From assembly GCF_963921235.1 (NCBI RefSeq), contig NC_086107.1, positions 101,186,001 to 101,250,000 of the forward strand: 64,000 nucleotides of DNA, written 5' to 3'. Shown here one piece after another: positions 38,017 through 50,462 of the stretch. A program made the position numbers and the translations under genes. The stretch is from Mobula hypostoma. Taxonomy: Eukaryota. A model generated the notes under the pieces. The model made no database searches. It was not told where the DNA came from and worked only from the letters and a program-made list of their open reading frames with translations. Within the stretch, counting starts at the first letter, position 1; each line of letters starts with the position of its first letter.

Positions 38017-39161
38017 TTATTATTATTATTTCTTTTTTTCTTCTTTTATAGTTACATATTTTTGTGTCTTTTGTACATTGGTTGTTCATCCATCCTGTTG
38101 GGTGAGTCTATTGCTGTGTTATTTGCATATACTGTGAATGGTCGCAAGAAAATGAATCTCAGGGTTGTATATGGTGACATATATTACAGAACTTTGATAA
38201 TAAGTTTACTTTGAACTTTGAACTTTCGAACTCCCAGTATCTTATCCCCTTCCCTTAAACCTACACTCTCTCTGGCTTCGGTTCTCCTCTGCCAGACTGT
38301 CCTCAACCTCTGGGGTCTGAGACCATCCTGTTATCCTGTTTGTTTCCGTTCCCACTGCTGAGCGTGACCTCTGGCCTGGAATAATCCCATTCGCCCCTTT
38401 CCCTGTATCCCTGTTGCTTGACACTTCCTCTCTCTCCTGCTGCGACCCAGGTCAGGATGAGGTGCAAGACTGGAGTATGCTAGTGGACCATAAGATCTAC
38501 ATTAGGAGCAGGAAAAGGTTATTCTGCATGCACCACTTCAATCATGGCTAATTCTCCCGCCTTCTCCCCTAACCCTTAACCTTTCACCCCTCCCCCTTGT
38601 CCAATCAAAAACCTATCAATTTCAGCTAGCCTGTTCTGGTCCACCATGTTAATGTCACCGCCAAGGAAGCTCACCAATGCCTCTACTTCCTCAGGAGGCT
38701 AAAGAAATTTGGGATATCCCCAACAACTCTCACTAATTTTTATTGATGAGCCACAGAAAGCATTTTGTCTGGATGCATAACAGGGTGGAATGGCATGGTG
38801 ATCTCAAGAAACTGCAGAGAGTTGTGGACTCTGCTCAGCACATCACAGGAACCAGCCTCCCCGCCATGGACTCTGTCTACCCTTCTCACACTGCCTCAGT
38901 AAAGGAGCCGGCACAATCAAAAATCCAAAAAGCCCAGACATTCTCTTTTCTCCCCTCTCCCACTGGGCAGAAGATACAAAAACCTGAAGGCACAGACCGC
39001 CAGGCTCAAGGACAGCTTCTATCCCACTGGTTATCAGACCCTTGAATGGACCTCTCGGATGATAAGATGGACTCTTGGCCTCACAATCTACCTTGTTATG
39101 ATCTGGAACTTCATCATTCACTGGCACCACACATTTCAAGTAGCTTTTACACTGTATTGTA

Positions 39162-39370
39162 GCTGGCCTGTGGTGTAGTGGCATCAGCACTGGACTAAGA
39201 GGCGAATGGTCATGGGTTCAAATCCGGCGAGCTCCTTACACGCTTTCCATCCGTGTTGGGTTGAGCATCGAGCTAGCAACTCGGCCTTGTAAAAAAAAAC
39301 AGACAAAAATGCTAAATAAGCAGAAAGGTTGCCGCCCCGATGTGCCACAGGGGACAGAAAAGAAAAACGA
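39162..39370 (+). mobile_element. tRNA-derived SINE
   Basis: A-box tggtgtagtgg, B-box ggttcaaatcc, RTE-like gagctagcaactcggccttgtaaaa; inserted into a Rex1-type tail. Confidence 0.6.
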
Positions 39371-39494
39371 CACAATATTCTGCATTGTTATTGTTTAACC
39401 TTATACCAGCTCAATGCACTGTGTAATGATCTGATTGTATGAGATTGGAAGCATCCCCTCCACGCGTGTGCTATCTGGGCCTTTAAGTAAATAA

Positions 39495-39850
39495 TGTATG
39501 AGATCATGAAAAGGCAACGTAACTTCATCGGACATGTGATTAGGGAAGAGGAGTTACGGTAATTATGGGAAAGATTGAAGGGAAGAAAGCAAAAGGAAGG
39601 CAAAGACAAATGATGATGGAGACAGCAGCCAGAGAACTGGAAATGAATACCAATGAATTGATCCACTTGACCCGAAACAGGAGTGTGTGGGCCATGGCAG
39701 TCAAAGCTCAAACTGGGCATGGCACCTGATGATGATGATGATGAATCTGATGATGATGAATGATCTGTGATGATGAATGATGATGATGAATCTGATGATG
39801 ATGAATGACCTGATGATGGATGATCTGATGATGATGAATGATCTGATCTG
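39495..39850 (+). mobile_element. RTE-clade LINE 3' end with an expanded (GAT)n-derived tail
   Basis: KRQRNFIGHVIR...MGKIEGKKAKGRQR...LTRNRSVWAM...GHGT*, followed directly by gatgatgat... (39727-39850). Confidence 0.75.
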
Positions 39851-40707
39851 TGTAAGGGTGTGCAAGACAGGCTTTTCACTGTATCTCGGTACATGTGACA
39901 ATAATAAAGCAATTCCAACAGCAACACCAATACCCAGTAACTTAACCCCCCACCACCCTCAGTGGCAACAAATTCCACAACCTCACCGCCCCTCGGCCGA
40001 AGAAATTCATCCTCATCTCATTTTTAATGAGTTGTTCCTTTATTCTGAGGCTGTGCCCTCGGATCCTGGACGCTCTCGCTAATGGAAACATCCTCTCCAC
40101 GCCTATGCTATCCGGGCCTTTAAGTATCCCGTAAGTTTCAATGAGATTCTCCTCCTGTTGGACTAGGAAATGATGATGCTGGGGAATCGGCAGGAACAAA
40201 GGTTGGGAAAGAAGAATTATGTCAACACTTTCTATGACAGCTGTTTTGAATGGCAGGCTGGAGTCACATCCCTCTAATTCACTGTCAGTGGTGTCCTGGG
40301 ACTGTGGAAACAGAAGGACACTGTCCCTGATCCCGTTACCCCCTCTGGAAACCAAAACAAAGACTACAGACGCTGAAAATCTGAAATAAAAATTGAAAAT
40401 GCTGGAAACACTCAGCGAGTCAGGCAACGTCTGTGGGGAGAGAAAAACAGTTACCATTTCAGGTCAGAAGCCCTTTGTCAGAACAAGGTCAATGTTGCTA
40501 CCACTCCTGTATGGGCATAGTACGGATGAAGTGGTCTGACCCTGGCACTGGCCCTGCGTTGGAGTGTGGCTGCCCTTTCCTTTGGGAATTCTGGCAAGGA
40601 GCAGGAAGTGATTCAGTGTGGCGGAATGTTCTGCTTGCTGGCTGGGATTTTCAGTTCACCGCGTCACTGAGCACTTTCTCCAGTGGAGCTGTGGGCAGAG
40701 CTTGACA

Positions 40708-40723
40708 GTGTGTGTGTGTGTGT

Positions 40724-40755
<32 letters not shown>

Positions 40756-40990
40756 CTGTGTGTGTGTGTGTGTGTGTGTGTCTGTGTGTGTGTGTGTGTG
40801 TGTGTCTGTGTGTGTGTATGCACACACGTGTATATGCATGAGTTTGTGTACATGTGTGCACACGCATGTGTGTGTGTATGTATGCATTTGCACGCACGTG
40901 TATATGCATGAGTTTGTGTACGTGTGTGCGCACAGGGATGTATTTGTACATGTGCGTGTGGGGGTGTGTTTGTGTAAATGTGTGTGTTGT
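40708..40990. repeat. (TG)n microsatellite grading into an alternating purine-pyrimidine tract
   Basis: Directly visible. Confidence 0.95.
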
Positions 40991-42614
40991 ATACTGGAAC
41001 AGCGGTCACTATACACTGGACCCAGGCACTGATGCAATGCAAGACATCCCATCTGAAGGATCCAGTGTCTTCGTCCCGACAGGCTGCTGACTGTGAAAAG
41101 ACCTGGAAGGACAGTTTCCCTTTCGCCGTGACTCAGAGTTACCTGGGAGCAGGGGCATGGGGCACAGGAGAGGAACTGCCACCCAAATCCCCTCTCCGTA
41201 GGAGCGGTGAGTTCCAGCTCTTCTGGTTATGCCTGACGGACAGTGAAGTGGGGTTTCAGATCAGAGCACCGTGCTCGGTGACGGCTGTGGATTTGGGTTG
41301 GATGTGAGGTCTGCGGTGGGCCATCCTCAGTGGGGCCAGAGGAGGCTTCGGCCCTTGGGGATCCCCAAGATTGCAACTGAGGACATTTCAATGCAGGTTT
41401 CAGACCACCATTCTTTACTGGGGGTCTTGCTCTTGCATGGATGGTGGGTGGAGGGGCTGATGCTTTTTTTGCGGAGTTGGGTGGAGGTGGGGGAGGGTCG
41501 TTGCTTTGTTGCTGCTTGTGCACAAGGCGGGGGGCTATTGTTTTAACTGTCATTCATTCTCTGGGGCACTCTTCTGTTTTTGTGGATGTCTGTGAAGAAA
41601 AAGAACTTCATGGTGTATATTGTATACATTTCCCTGATATTAAATGCAACACACACACAGGAGCAAAAAGCATATGCACAGGGAAATAGGAAATTTACAG
41701 GGGTAAATAGAGGAACACACAGGGTAAGCAGGCCATAAGGACACAGGAGCAGAGTTAGGCCCCAATTTTGCTCCTATGTCCTCATGTCTTATGATCTTTC
41801 CCGCTGGCGCAGGCAAAATAAAGAAAAATCACAGAGCAAAATTCTGCAGGTGCTGGAAAATGGAAATGCAAAACAGAAAATGCTGATAACTTTCAGCAGG
41901 TCAATGAGAAAGTCCTGGAATGTTAACTCTGCTTCTCCCTCTACAGGCGCTGACTGATCTGATGAGAACTTCTACTGTTCCTTGCTTTTGTCCAAAACAT
42001 TGGAATATCGGCAGTTGGAGGCATCGACATATTAATAGCTCGGCTCTGCTGCAAGTGTACTGATAAGAACGAGTATGCTGCCTTGCAGGAACTCTAACAC
42101 GTTTCTGCAGGGGCGTTGGCCTTAACCGAGAGTTACCACCCGCAAAATAAAGGATGTGTTGATAGTTTAATCCCTTAAATATAATTTATGTTCTGTGTGT
42201 TGCCTGTGATGCTGCTGCAGGCAAAGTTTTCCTTGTACCTGTACCTCTCCACACTTGTGCACATGACAATATAACTCAACTTGACTTCATTTTAAGACGT
42301 GCCCAGCTAAACACACACTAAAGCTCACGGAGGGGGCTTTAGAACGATATGGAGGGACACATCCAGGAACAAGATGGGGAATAAGGATGATATCAGTCAG
42401 TAAGATGCAGAAGAATGTGATGACAACATCATTATGATGGGACATAGAGACTGATATGGAGAAGTACACAGGAACATAAATGGGGGTGTATATTTAGATT
42501 ATTACTCAGGAACTTAACCCAGGAGAATATCCTAACTGGTTGCATCACAACCTGGTACGGAAACACCAATGCCCAGGATCAGAAATGTCTACATGAAGTG
42601 GTCTACATAGTGTT

Positions 42615-43290
42615 CCTTCCTGAGACCGCATTTCGGTGAGTCAGATCATTTGGCTGTACTCCCACTACCTCCACACAGAGCCTAAAGAGCAAGGCTCCAG
42701 AGATCAAAACAACTAAATGCAGACTGCAGGAGGCTGGAGAGTGGCTACGGGACTGTCCTGAGCCATTGGACTGGGCCATTGTTCAAGAACTCATCCGAGG
42801 GATTCCACGACAAATTTACAAATTTCACGACACATGCCAGTGGTAGTAACCTTGATTCTGAGGACCTGCATGATCACACCAGGGCCGTAACAGACTTTAT
42901 TAATACAGCTGTGTATAAGTGTGTCCCCACAAAATCATTCAGGGTTTACCCCAATCAGAAGCCCTGGGTGAGTCATGAAATCCGGAATCTGCTGAGGACC
43001 AGATCAGAGGCATTCACGTCTGGAGTTCAAGAATGCTACAAGAGGTGTAGGTATGATCTCCGGAAAGCCATTCCTCGAGCCAGGTGGAGATTCCGGACTA
43101 GACTGGAATCAACGAGGGATGCTCGACAGTGGTGGCAGTGTTTGAATGCCATAACCTTCCACAAAGCTAAATCTTGTGACACAGGGGACAGCAGAGTTTC
43201 GCTTCCAGGCGAACTCAATGCCTTCTATGCTCACTTTGACCACCAGAACGGTGGGGGGGGGGGGCGGGGGGTGGAACCATCCCGTATCCC
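42615..43290 (+). mobile_element. Rex1/Babar-type LINE internal ORF2 fragment (endonuclease-RT linker)
   Basis: SDHLAVL, CVPTKSFRVYPNQKPW, RYDLRKAI, SLPGELNAFYAHFD. Confidence 0.75.
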
Positions 43291-44102
43291 CATCGTGTAT
43301 TTCTGGTGCTTCCACAACTGACGGTCTCACTTTAAGGACTCTTTATCTTGTTATTTCATGCTCATTATTTATTGCTGTTTATTTATATTTGCATTTGCAC
43401 AGTGTGTTGTTCATTGATCCTGTTTACAGTTACTGTTCTATAGATTTGCTAAGTCTGCACACGGGAAAAGAATCTCAGGGTTGAATGTGATGACATGAAT
43501 GTACTCTGATAATAAATTTTACTTTAAACATTGAACTTTGGAAACAGCCCAGTCCATCCCAGTCAAGCCCTCCCCATCATTAAGCACCACTACAAGGAAG
43601 CAGCATCCACCATCAAAAACTCCCACCATCCAGGCCATGCTCACTCATCACCCCTACCCTTCAGGCAACAGGTACAGGAGCCTTTTGGTCCCACCACGTC
43701 CAATAACAGTTACTACCCTCCAAGCATCAGGTACTTGGACCAGTGAGGATCATTTCACTCACCTCAACATTGAACTGGTTGCACAACCTATGGATTCATT
43801 TTCAAGAACTCTACAACTCACGTTCTCAGCATTAATTAGATGTTATTTGCACAAATTGTCTTCTTTTGCATATTGGTTGTTTGTCAGTCTTTGTTTATGA
43901 ACAGTTTTTCATGAATTCTATTGTATTTCTTTTTTTTTCTCTGTAAATGCCAGCAAGAAAATGAATCTCAAGTTGGTATATGATAACACATACGTGCTTT
44001 GACAAAAATTTACTTTGACTTTTGCCCTACAAGCACTGTGCACAAAAGAGAAACGTGCAGAATGCAGGACAAGAAAATCAAAGTCAAGTTCAGTATCAGA
44101 AG

Positions 44103-44655
44103 TACATTCCCTCAGTGGTCATTTTATTAGGTACACCTGCTGATCAATACAAATATCTAATCAGCCAATCATTTGGCAGCAATTCAGTGTATATAAAACC
44201 ATGCAGACATGGTCAAGAGGTTCAGTTGTTGTTCAGACCAAAATGAGAATGGGGAAGAAATGTGATCTAAGGGACTTGGACCATGGAATGATTGTTGGTG
44301 CCAGATGGGGTGGTTTGAGTATCTCAGAAACCGCTGATCTGAGATTTTCATGCACACCAGCCTCAGAGAGTGGCATGAGACTCAAAAGGCATCCAGTGAG
44401 CGGCAGTTCTGTGGACAAAGACATCTTCTTGTTGAGAAAGGTCAGAGGAGAATGGCCAGACTGGTTCAAGGTGACAGGAAGGCGAAAGTAACTCAGATAA
44501 CCACGTGTTACAACAGGGGTGTGCAAGAGAACATCTCTGATCCACACATGTGCAACCTTGAAGCGGACGGGCTACAGCAGCAGAAGACCACAAACATACA
44601 CTTAGTGGCTACTTCATTATGTCCAGGAGGTACGTAATAGAGGCCAGAGTGCATA
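44103..44655 (+). mobile_element. Internally deleted Tc1-like DNA transposon
   Basis: TIRs ctcagtggtcattttattaggtac / gtacgtaatagaggccagagtg; frameshifted HTH region MGKKCDLRDLDHGMIVGAR..GLSISETADL / GQRRMARLVQGDRKA.VTQITT.YN; no DDE domain. Confidence 0.8.
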
Positions 44656-45261
44656 TGCACAGATGCATACTTGTAGCAACATCACAGGCTCCTGGCATAG
44701 ATAAACAGCTATCACCAGACAAACAAAGACTAAACACAACTTCTACGAGAAAGGCCACAAAGCAAACAAAAAAAACCTCGTCCATTTTAGTGCAAAGTGA
44801 CCAAAGTAGTCATAGTGGTGCAGAACTGAGATAGTGATTAGGGCTTTTGCTCAAGAACCGATTGGTAGAGGGGGAGATTCAGATTAATTAATTAATTAAT
44901 TAAATGCATTGACATTGAAACATACTGTGAAATGTGTCGTTTGCCAACTCAACCTAAGGACGTGCCAGGGCAAGGGTTGCCATGCATTCCGATGCCAACA
45001 TAGCATGCCCGCAATGTTCACGATGATCTTGAACCTGGTGGAGTGGGACTTAAGGTCCCTGTACCTTCTACCCCGACGTTAGCTGTGAGAAGGTGACGTG
45101 GCGTGGTCAGGATCCTTGAAGGTAAATATTGGCTTTCTTAAGGCAGCACTTCACACTGATCAGAATCAGAATCAGGTTTCGTATCACCGGCTTAGGTCAT
45201 GACATTTACTGAAATGTGGCAGTAGTAGATTGCAATACATGATATTAAACACTGTGAATTC

Positions 45262-45830
45262 GACCATAAGACATGGGAACAGAATTAGGCCATTCATCCT
45301 ATCGAGTCTGCTCCGCCATTCCATCATGGCTGATCCCAGATCTCACTCAGCCCCGTACCTCTGCCTTCTGGCCATATCATTTGATGCCCTGACCGATCAG
45401 GAAACTATCAACTTCCCTCTTAAATATACCTGCAGACTTGGTCTCCACTGCAGTCTGTGGTAGAGCTATCCACAGATTTACCACTCTCCGGCTAAAAAAC
45501 AATCCCTCCTTACTTCTGTTCTAAAGAGTCACCCCCTCAATTCTGAGGCTGTGCCCTCTAGTTCTGGATACCCCACCTCCTCTCCACATCCACCCTATCT
45601 AGTCCTTTCTACATTCGGTAGGTTTCAATGTGATCGCCCGCATTCTTCTAAGTTCCAGTGAGTACAGGCCCAAAACTGCCAAACACTCCTCATATGTTAA
45701 CCCCGACATTCCCGGAATCATCCTCGTGAACCTCCTCTGGACCCCCTCCAATGACAATGCATCCTTTCTGAGATAAGGAGCCCCAAACTGTTGACAATAC
45801 TCCAAGTGCGGCCTGACTAGTGTCTTATAA
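45262..45830 (-). mobile_element. CR1 LINE 3' fragment
   Basis: EYCQQFGAPYLRKD...LEGVQRRFTRMIPGM. Further CR1 3' ends lie at ~6240-6620, 25920-26390, 47529-47866, 53380-53960, 55940-56385, 57445-57790 (+) and 59730-60050. Confidence 0.8.
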
Positions 45831-46409
45831 CGGCAGTAAGTGTGTAGTATTGAGGTAGTGTTTGTGGGTTCAATGTCTGTTCAGAAATCTGTTGGCGGAG
45901 GGGAAGAAGCTGTTCCCGGATCATTGACTGTGTGCCTGTAGCTCCTCCCCGATGGTGGCAATGAGAAGAGGGCACGTCCTGGGTGTCCTTAATGATGGAT
46001 ACTACCAATGGTGGGTGGTGGGAGGGGATGTCTCCACGATGTACTGGACTCAATGCACTACTCTGTGTAGACTCCCTGGTACGGGGCAGGGAACCGCCCA
46101 GTGTAGTCAGAGTCTCTGTGGAGAGATCGTTGACTTGAGAAAGGACAGCGACGTTTCATTCCTACTAGAGAGTTTGGATGATTCTGTGTGGGCGGGGAGG
46201 GTAGATTGGGACAGAGATGGTGCCGGGAGGGGATGGAAAGGAGGTTAATGGCGTGATCCTTTGACCCATAAAAGTAACGGCATAGAACAGTGGGATCGCA
46301 GACAAGAAAAATGCTGGGAAGTGCGGGGTTGTTGGACGTGCCCGGTGAGTCAGTCTGTGTGAATGGAGACGATATGACCATAATCCACAGGAGCAGAATT
46401 AGGCCATTT

Positions 46410-46900
46410 GGCCCATCGGCCAGGCTGATGGCGCGGAGCCGATATCACGGGCAGACGGACGGGAGACGTGCCCGGGTCTGAGAGCAAGAGCGCTTTGAGA
46501 CCGCCAGTGCCAGGACGGGCGTCACTTCAATCCTCATCTTCGTTAACCAGGCACCCACCAGCGGCAAAACCCGCCAGGGCGCCCCCCGGCTCCGGGTGGG
46601 CTTTGTAAAAGCGACAGCTGATGTTCTTTCTGCGCTACGGCTCCGGCTCCGGCTCCGACTCGGCTCGGCTCGCTGTGTTTAAGGCAGGACGGAGCGGCTC
46701 GGTGAGAGAGCCCGCCTGCCACCTAGTGCAGGAAACGGCAGCCGCAGCATCAGCCAAGCCCTCCGCACCGAACAGACCCGGCTCGTCAGGGCAGCGCCGG
46801 GCTGAGGCCGGTTACCCGAGAGGGCAAGCCCGCCACCTGTTTATAAAGGCGGCCAGATTTCTCCCCGGCATGGGGAGGGGACAGGGGCCGATTAATTGGG
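46410..46900. promoter_or_regulatory. CpG-rich island-like patch with a CTCF-like motif (46716-46729, minus strand GCACTAGGTGGCAG)
   Basis: Dense CpG against a depleted background; motif matches the CTCF core CCASYAGRKGGCRS at 13 of 14 positions. Confidence 0.5.
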
Positions 46901-47250
46901 ATAGGTTGGAGAAAGACTGTAAATAAGGACAGCAGTTAACGGATGGGGGGAGCAGGGACACAGATTGTTAATGTGGAGGAGCAGATTCAGATAGGGAGGG
47001 GAGGATAAGGACAGTCATCTTAACCAGTTTATAGCCAGCAGGTTGAAGACATAGTTCCTAATCTAAAGGAGAAGGGTATGACATCAGTGACTGGGGGCAG
47101 GTTACTGAGAGCCATCTATATGACTCAACGCACGTCTGGGTAATCAGACTGGCGCTCTCCCTAACGAGATCAATAAACAGAAATTCCTTACTAAATTTGG
47201 TTGTCCTTGCCCCTTGCAGTCTGGGTAAACAATCCCCCTTGTGATACTCT

Positions 47251-47917
47251 TGTCAGGAAATGCAGGGGAGGCTTGACCCTAGACCAGGTCAGCGGAGAGG
47301 ATTTAGCAGAGAGAGAGAGAGATACTTTACTAATAGACGGCAAACTACCAAGCCACAACACAAGAGAGAACAGAATCTGAGCACGACAGGCAGCCAGGTA
47401 AACTTCAGGCAGGGAGTGTAGAGGCTTGGAGCAACTGGACGAGGCTGGCTGGTTCAATGTGTGAACAGGGACTCTGCATGAGAACTGGGTTTAAATAGGC
47501 TGCAGGTGATGGGCTTGGATCAAGCGGCATAGAGTCATAGAAAAGCACGGCACAGAAACAAGCCCTTCGGCCCATCTAGTCTGTGCTGAACCATTTAAAC
47601 TGCCTACTCCCATCGACCTGCACCAGGACCATAGCCCTCCATATCCCTACCATTCATGTAACTATCCAAATTCTCTTGAACATTGCACCCACCCCTCACA
47701 TTGGCAGCTTGTTCCACACTCTCACGACCTTCTGAGTGAAGAAGTTTCCCCTTAAACTTTTCACCTTTCACCCTTAACCCATGACCTCTGAAGTCCCACC
47801 CAAACTCAGTGGAAAAAGCCTACTTGCATTTAGTCTATCTATACCCCTCAGAATTTTCTATCGAATCTCCAGGTGGCTCCTGTTAGCTGGGTAGAGCCTG
47901 TATGTGCAGGACTGACA
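47251..47917 (-). mobile_element. Putative Gypsy-type solo LTR interrupted by a CR1 3' fragment (47529-47866)
   Basis: Termini tgtcag...ctgaca; minus strand has TATA-like tatttaaa and poly(A)-like agtaaa in LTR order. No clean TSD. Confidence 0.55.
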
Positions 47918-48005
47918 GCTTAAGGGTTTTAAAAATAAAAATAAAGATTAAAGATCTTTCAAAGAATGGCTTTATTTGTCACATATACATCAAAATGTTG
48001 GCATA

Positions 48006-48300
48006 TGGCCTTGTGGTTAAGGCATCAGTCCAGTGATCTGAAGGTCGCTAGTTCGAGCCTCAGCTGAGGCAGTGTGTTGTGTCCTTGAGCAAGGCACTTA
48101 ATCACACATTGCTCTGCGACGACACTGGTGCCAAGCTGTATGGGTCCTAATGCCCTTCCCTTGGACAACATCGGTGACGTGGAGAGGGGAGACTTGCAGC
48201 ATGGGCAACTGCTGGTCTTCCATACAACCTTGCCCAGGCCTGTGCCCTGGAAACCTTCCAAGGTGCAAATCCATGGTCTCATGAGACTAACGGATGCCTA
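48006..48300 (+). mobile_element. tRNA-headed SINE with CORE-like box (sister of 31150-31446)
   Basis: gttcgagcc B-box, gtgtccttgagcaaggcacttaatc, tail ...gagactaacggatgccta. Confidence 0.75.
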
Positions 48301-50462
48301 TAATACATCAAAATATACAGTCAACAACCAACATAGCCCAAGGATGTGCTGGGGTGGGGAAGCCCATCCTGCTTCCAGTGCCAACGTAGCATGCCCACAA
48401 ATTACTAACCGAACCCATACGTCTTTGAAAACTGGAGCACCCAGAGGAAACCTACCAGGTCATGGAGAGAACTTTCAAACTCCTTCCAGACAGCTCTGTG
48501 ACAGGACAGGGGATGTGATGGAAGGAGGGGAAGGCTTTGCTTGGGGAGGAGGTAAATGACTTGCCAGTGCGATGAGGAAGTTGATCTCTGGGGAATACAC
48601 TCCTTGCTCTGGAGAGTAGCTGGTCTTATTGGAGAACGTTTCTGATGAGACAAGGCAGAGTAGATACCAAGAGTTTCTTGACCTACAGCACATGCAGAGG
48701 ACAGGTTTCAGAATAAAACTTTGGGGGAGGGAGGAGGCTGGTGAATTCTTGTATATCCCAGAGGTCATGAACAATCTGTTCCTAATAAGGCTATGATTGC
48801 TAACTGGCTGGAGCCATGGATGGGTATTAAGCAGGAATGTGGGTGAGGAACTTCAGGAACTTCACACCTCTCTTCCTTACCTTCTTAAGGCGAGAAGGTT
48901 GCAGTGCCAGAAGGAGGAATTCCCTCATTCCTCTTCTTTGATGTTATCATATCAGAGGCTCTGCCCTGGGTCCAGCACCTAAGTTCCATCACAAAGAAGG
49001 CATGGCAGCACCTCTACTTTCTTAGAGGTCTGCATAGGTTTGGCATGTCATCGAAAACACTGACAAACTTCTATAGAAGCACAGAGAAGAATATCCTAAC
49101 TGGTTGCAACATAGACCCGCATCAATGACCAGGAAAAGAAAAGGCTACAGAAAGCGGTAGATATAGATAAAGCCCTCCCTTCCACTGAGCACAGCTACAA
49201 GGAGCACGGTCACAAGAAAGCAACATCCATCATCAAGAATGCCCACCATCCAGGCCATGCTCTCTATTCTCTTCTACCATCGGGCAGGAGGTCCAGGAGT
49301 CTTTGGTCCCACACCACTAGGATCAGGAACAGTTAATATGGTTCAACCATCAGGCCCCTGAACTGCTGTGGAAATCTTCACTTGCCACAACTCTGAACTA
49401 ATTCCACAACCTACAAACTCACTTTCACGGACTCTAGAACTCATATTCTCGGTATTAATCGTTTCTTCTTATTGCACAATTTGTCTTCTTTTGCACCTTG
49501 GTTGTTTGTCAGTCATTGTTTATGTATAGTTTTCCATAAATGTTATTGTATTTCTTTATTTTCCTGTAAATGCCCATAAGAAAATTAATCTCAAGGTAGT
49601 ATATGCTAACATATATGTACCATGATAATAAATTTACTTTCAACTTCTTTTCGTTTCTCCTACCAGACTGCAACACTGCCCGTATCTCAGCATTAAACTG
49701 CATCTGCCACCTCTCTGCCCATCTGCCAGCCTCCTCGGAGTCTGTTGCTCTCCTCTTCATCTCCTTTCTAATGGATGTCCCTCTGTTCTGAGCTCACACC
49801 CTATAGGAAACATCCTCTCCACATCCATTCTACCCAGACCTTACAATTTGATAAACTTCAATGAGATACTGCCTCATTCCTCATTCTTCTAAACTCCAAT
49901 GAGTACAGGCCCACATCCTTCAAATGCTCCACATATAGTACATTAGCCCTTTCATTCCAGGAGTTATTCTCAAGAAGCTCCTCTGGACCCTCCACAGCAC
50001 ATCTTTCCTGAGAAAGGGAACCAAAGTTGCTCACAATATTCCAAGTGCAGTCTGACTAATGCCTTGTAAAGCCTCAGTATTATATCCTTGCTTCAGTTAT
50101 CTCCTTACATCATAGCACTATAGACTAGATGTCATGGTCTTACTCAAGAATGAGTGACAAAAGCACATCATAGAAAGTATTCTGACAGGATGCATCTCTA
50201 CTGCTCTGCTCTGGACAAACACAGCCTGCAGAGTGGCAAACATGGTCTAGCCCGTTACAGGCTCATCACAGTCCAACTTCATGGGGCATTGCTTCAAAAA
50301 GGCTAACAGTAACATCAAAGGTGGCTGTTACCTTCCCCCTTCTACCTCTGGAAGAAGACATGGGAGCTTGAATACCAAGACATCCAGACTCAAGAACAAT
50401 GTCTTCCCCACTGCTTTCAGACCCCTGAAATAATCTCATTTCTCACATCCCCTTCCCGGTGG

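Larger units (their letters stand above)
34800..38228 (+). mobile_element. Rex1-type 3' end acting as host for the R4/Dong insertion (pieces 34800-35200 and 38017-38228)
   Basis: TAWYGNTNAFEWKTLQKV...DPHHPG...RRYRSLRTHTTRFRN; the 3' UTR resumes after 38017 and ends tttactttgaactttgaac. Confidence 0.65.

Noticed and set aside
40618..41052. CV/HT-repeat ORFs (also 17900-18280) and M/D/S-rich ORFs at 39388-40082
   Set aside because: Microsatellite translations.
48006..48075. tRNA genes at SINE heads (also 31375-31446 and 39162-39235)
   Set aside because: A and B boxes are present, but there is no complete cloverleaf or terminator and the sequence continues into a SINE body.
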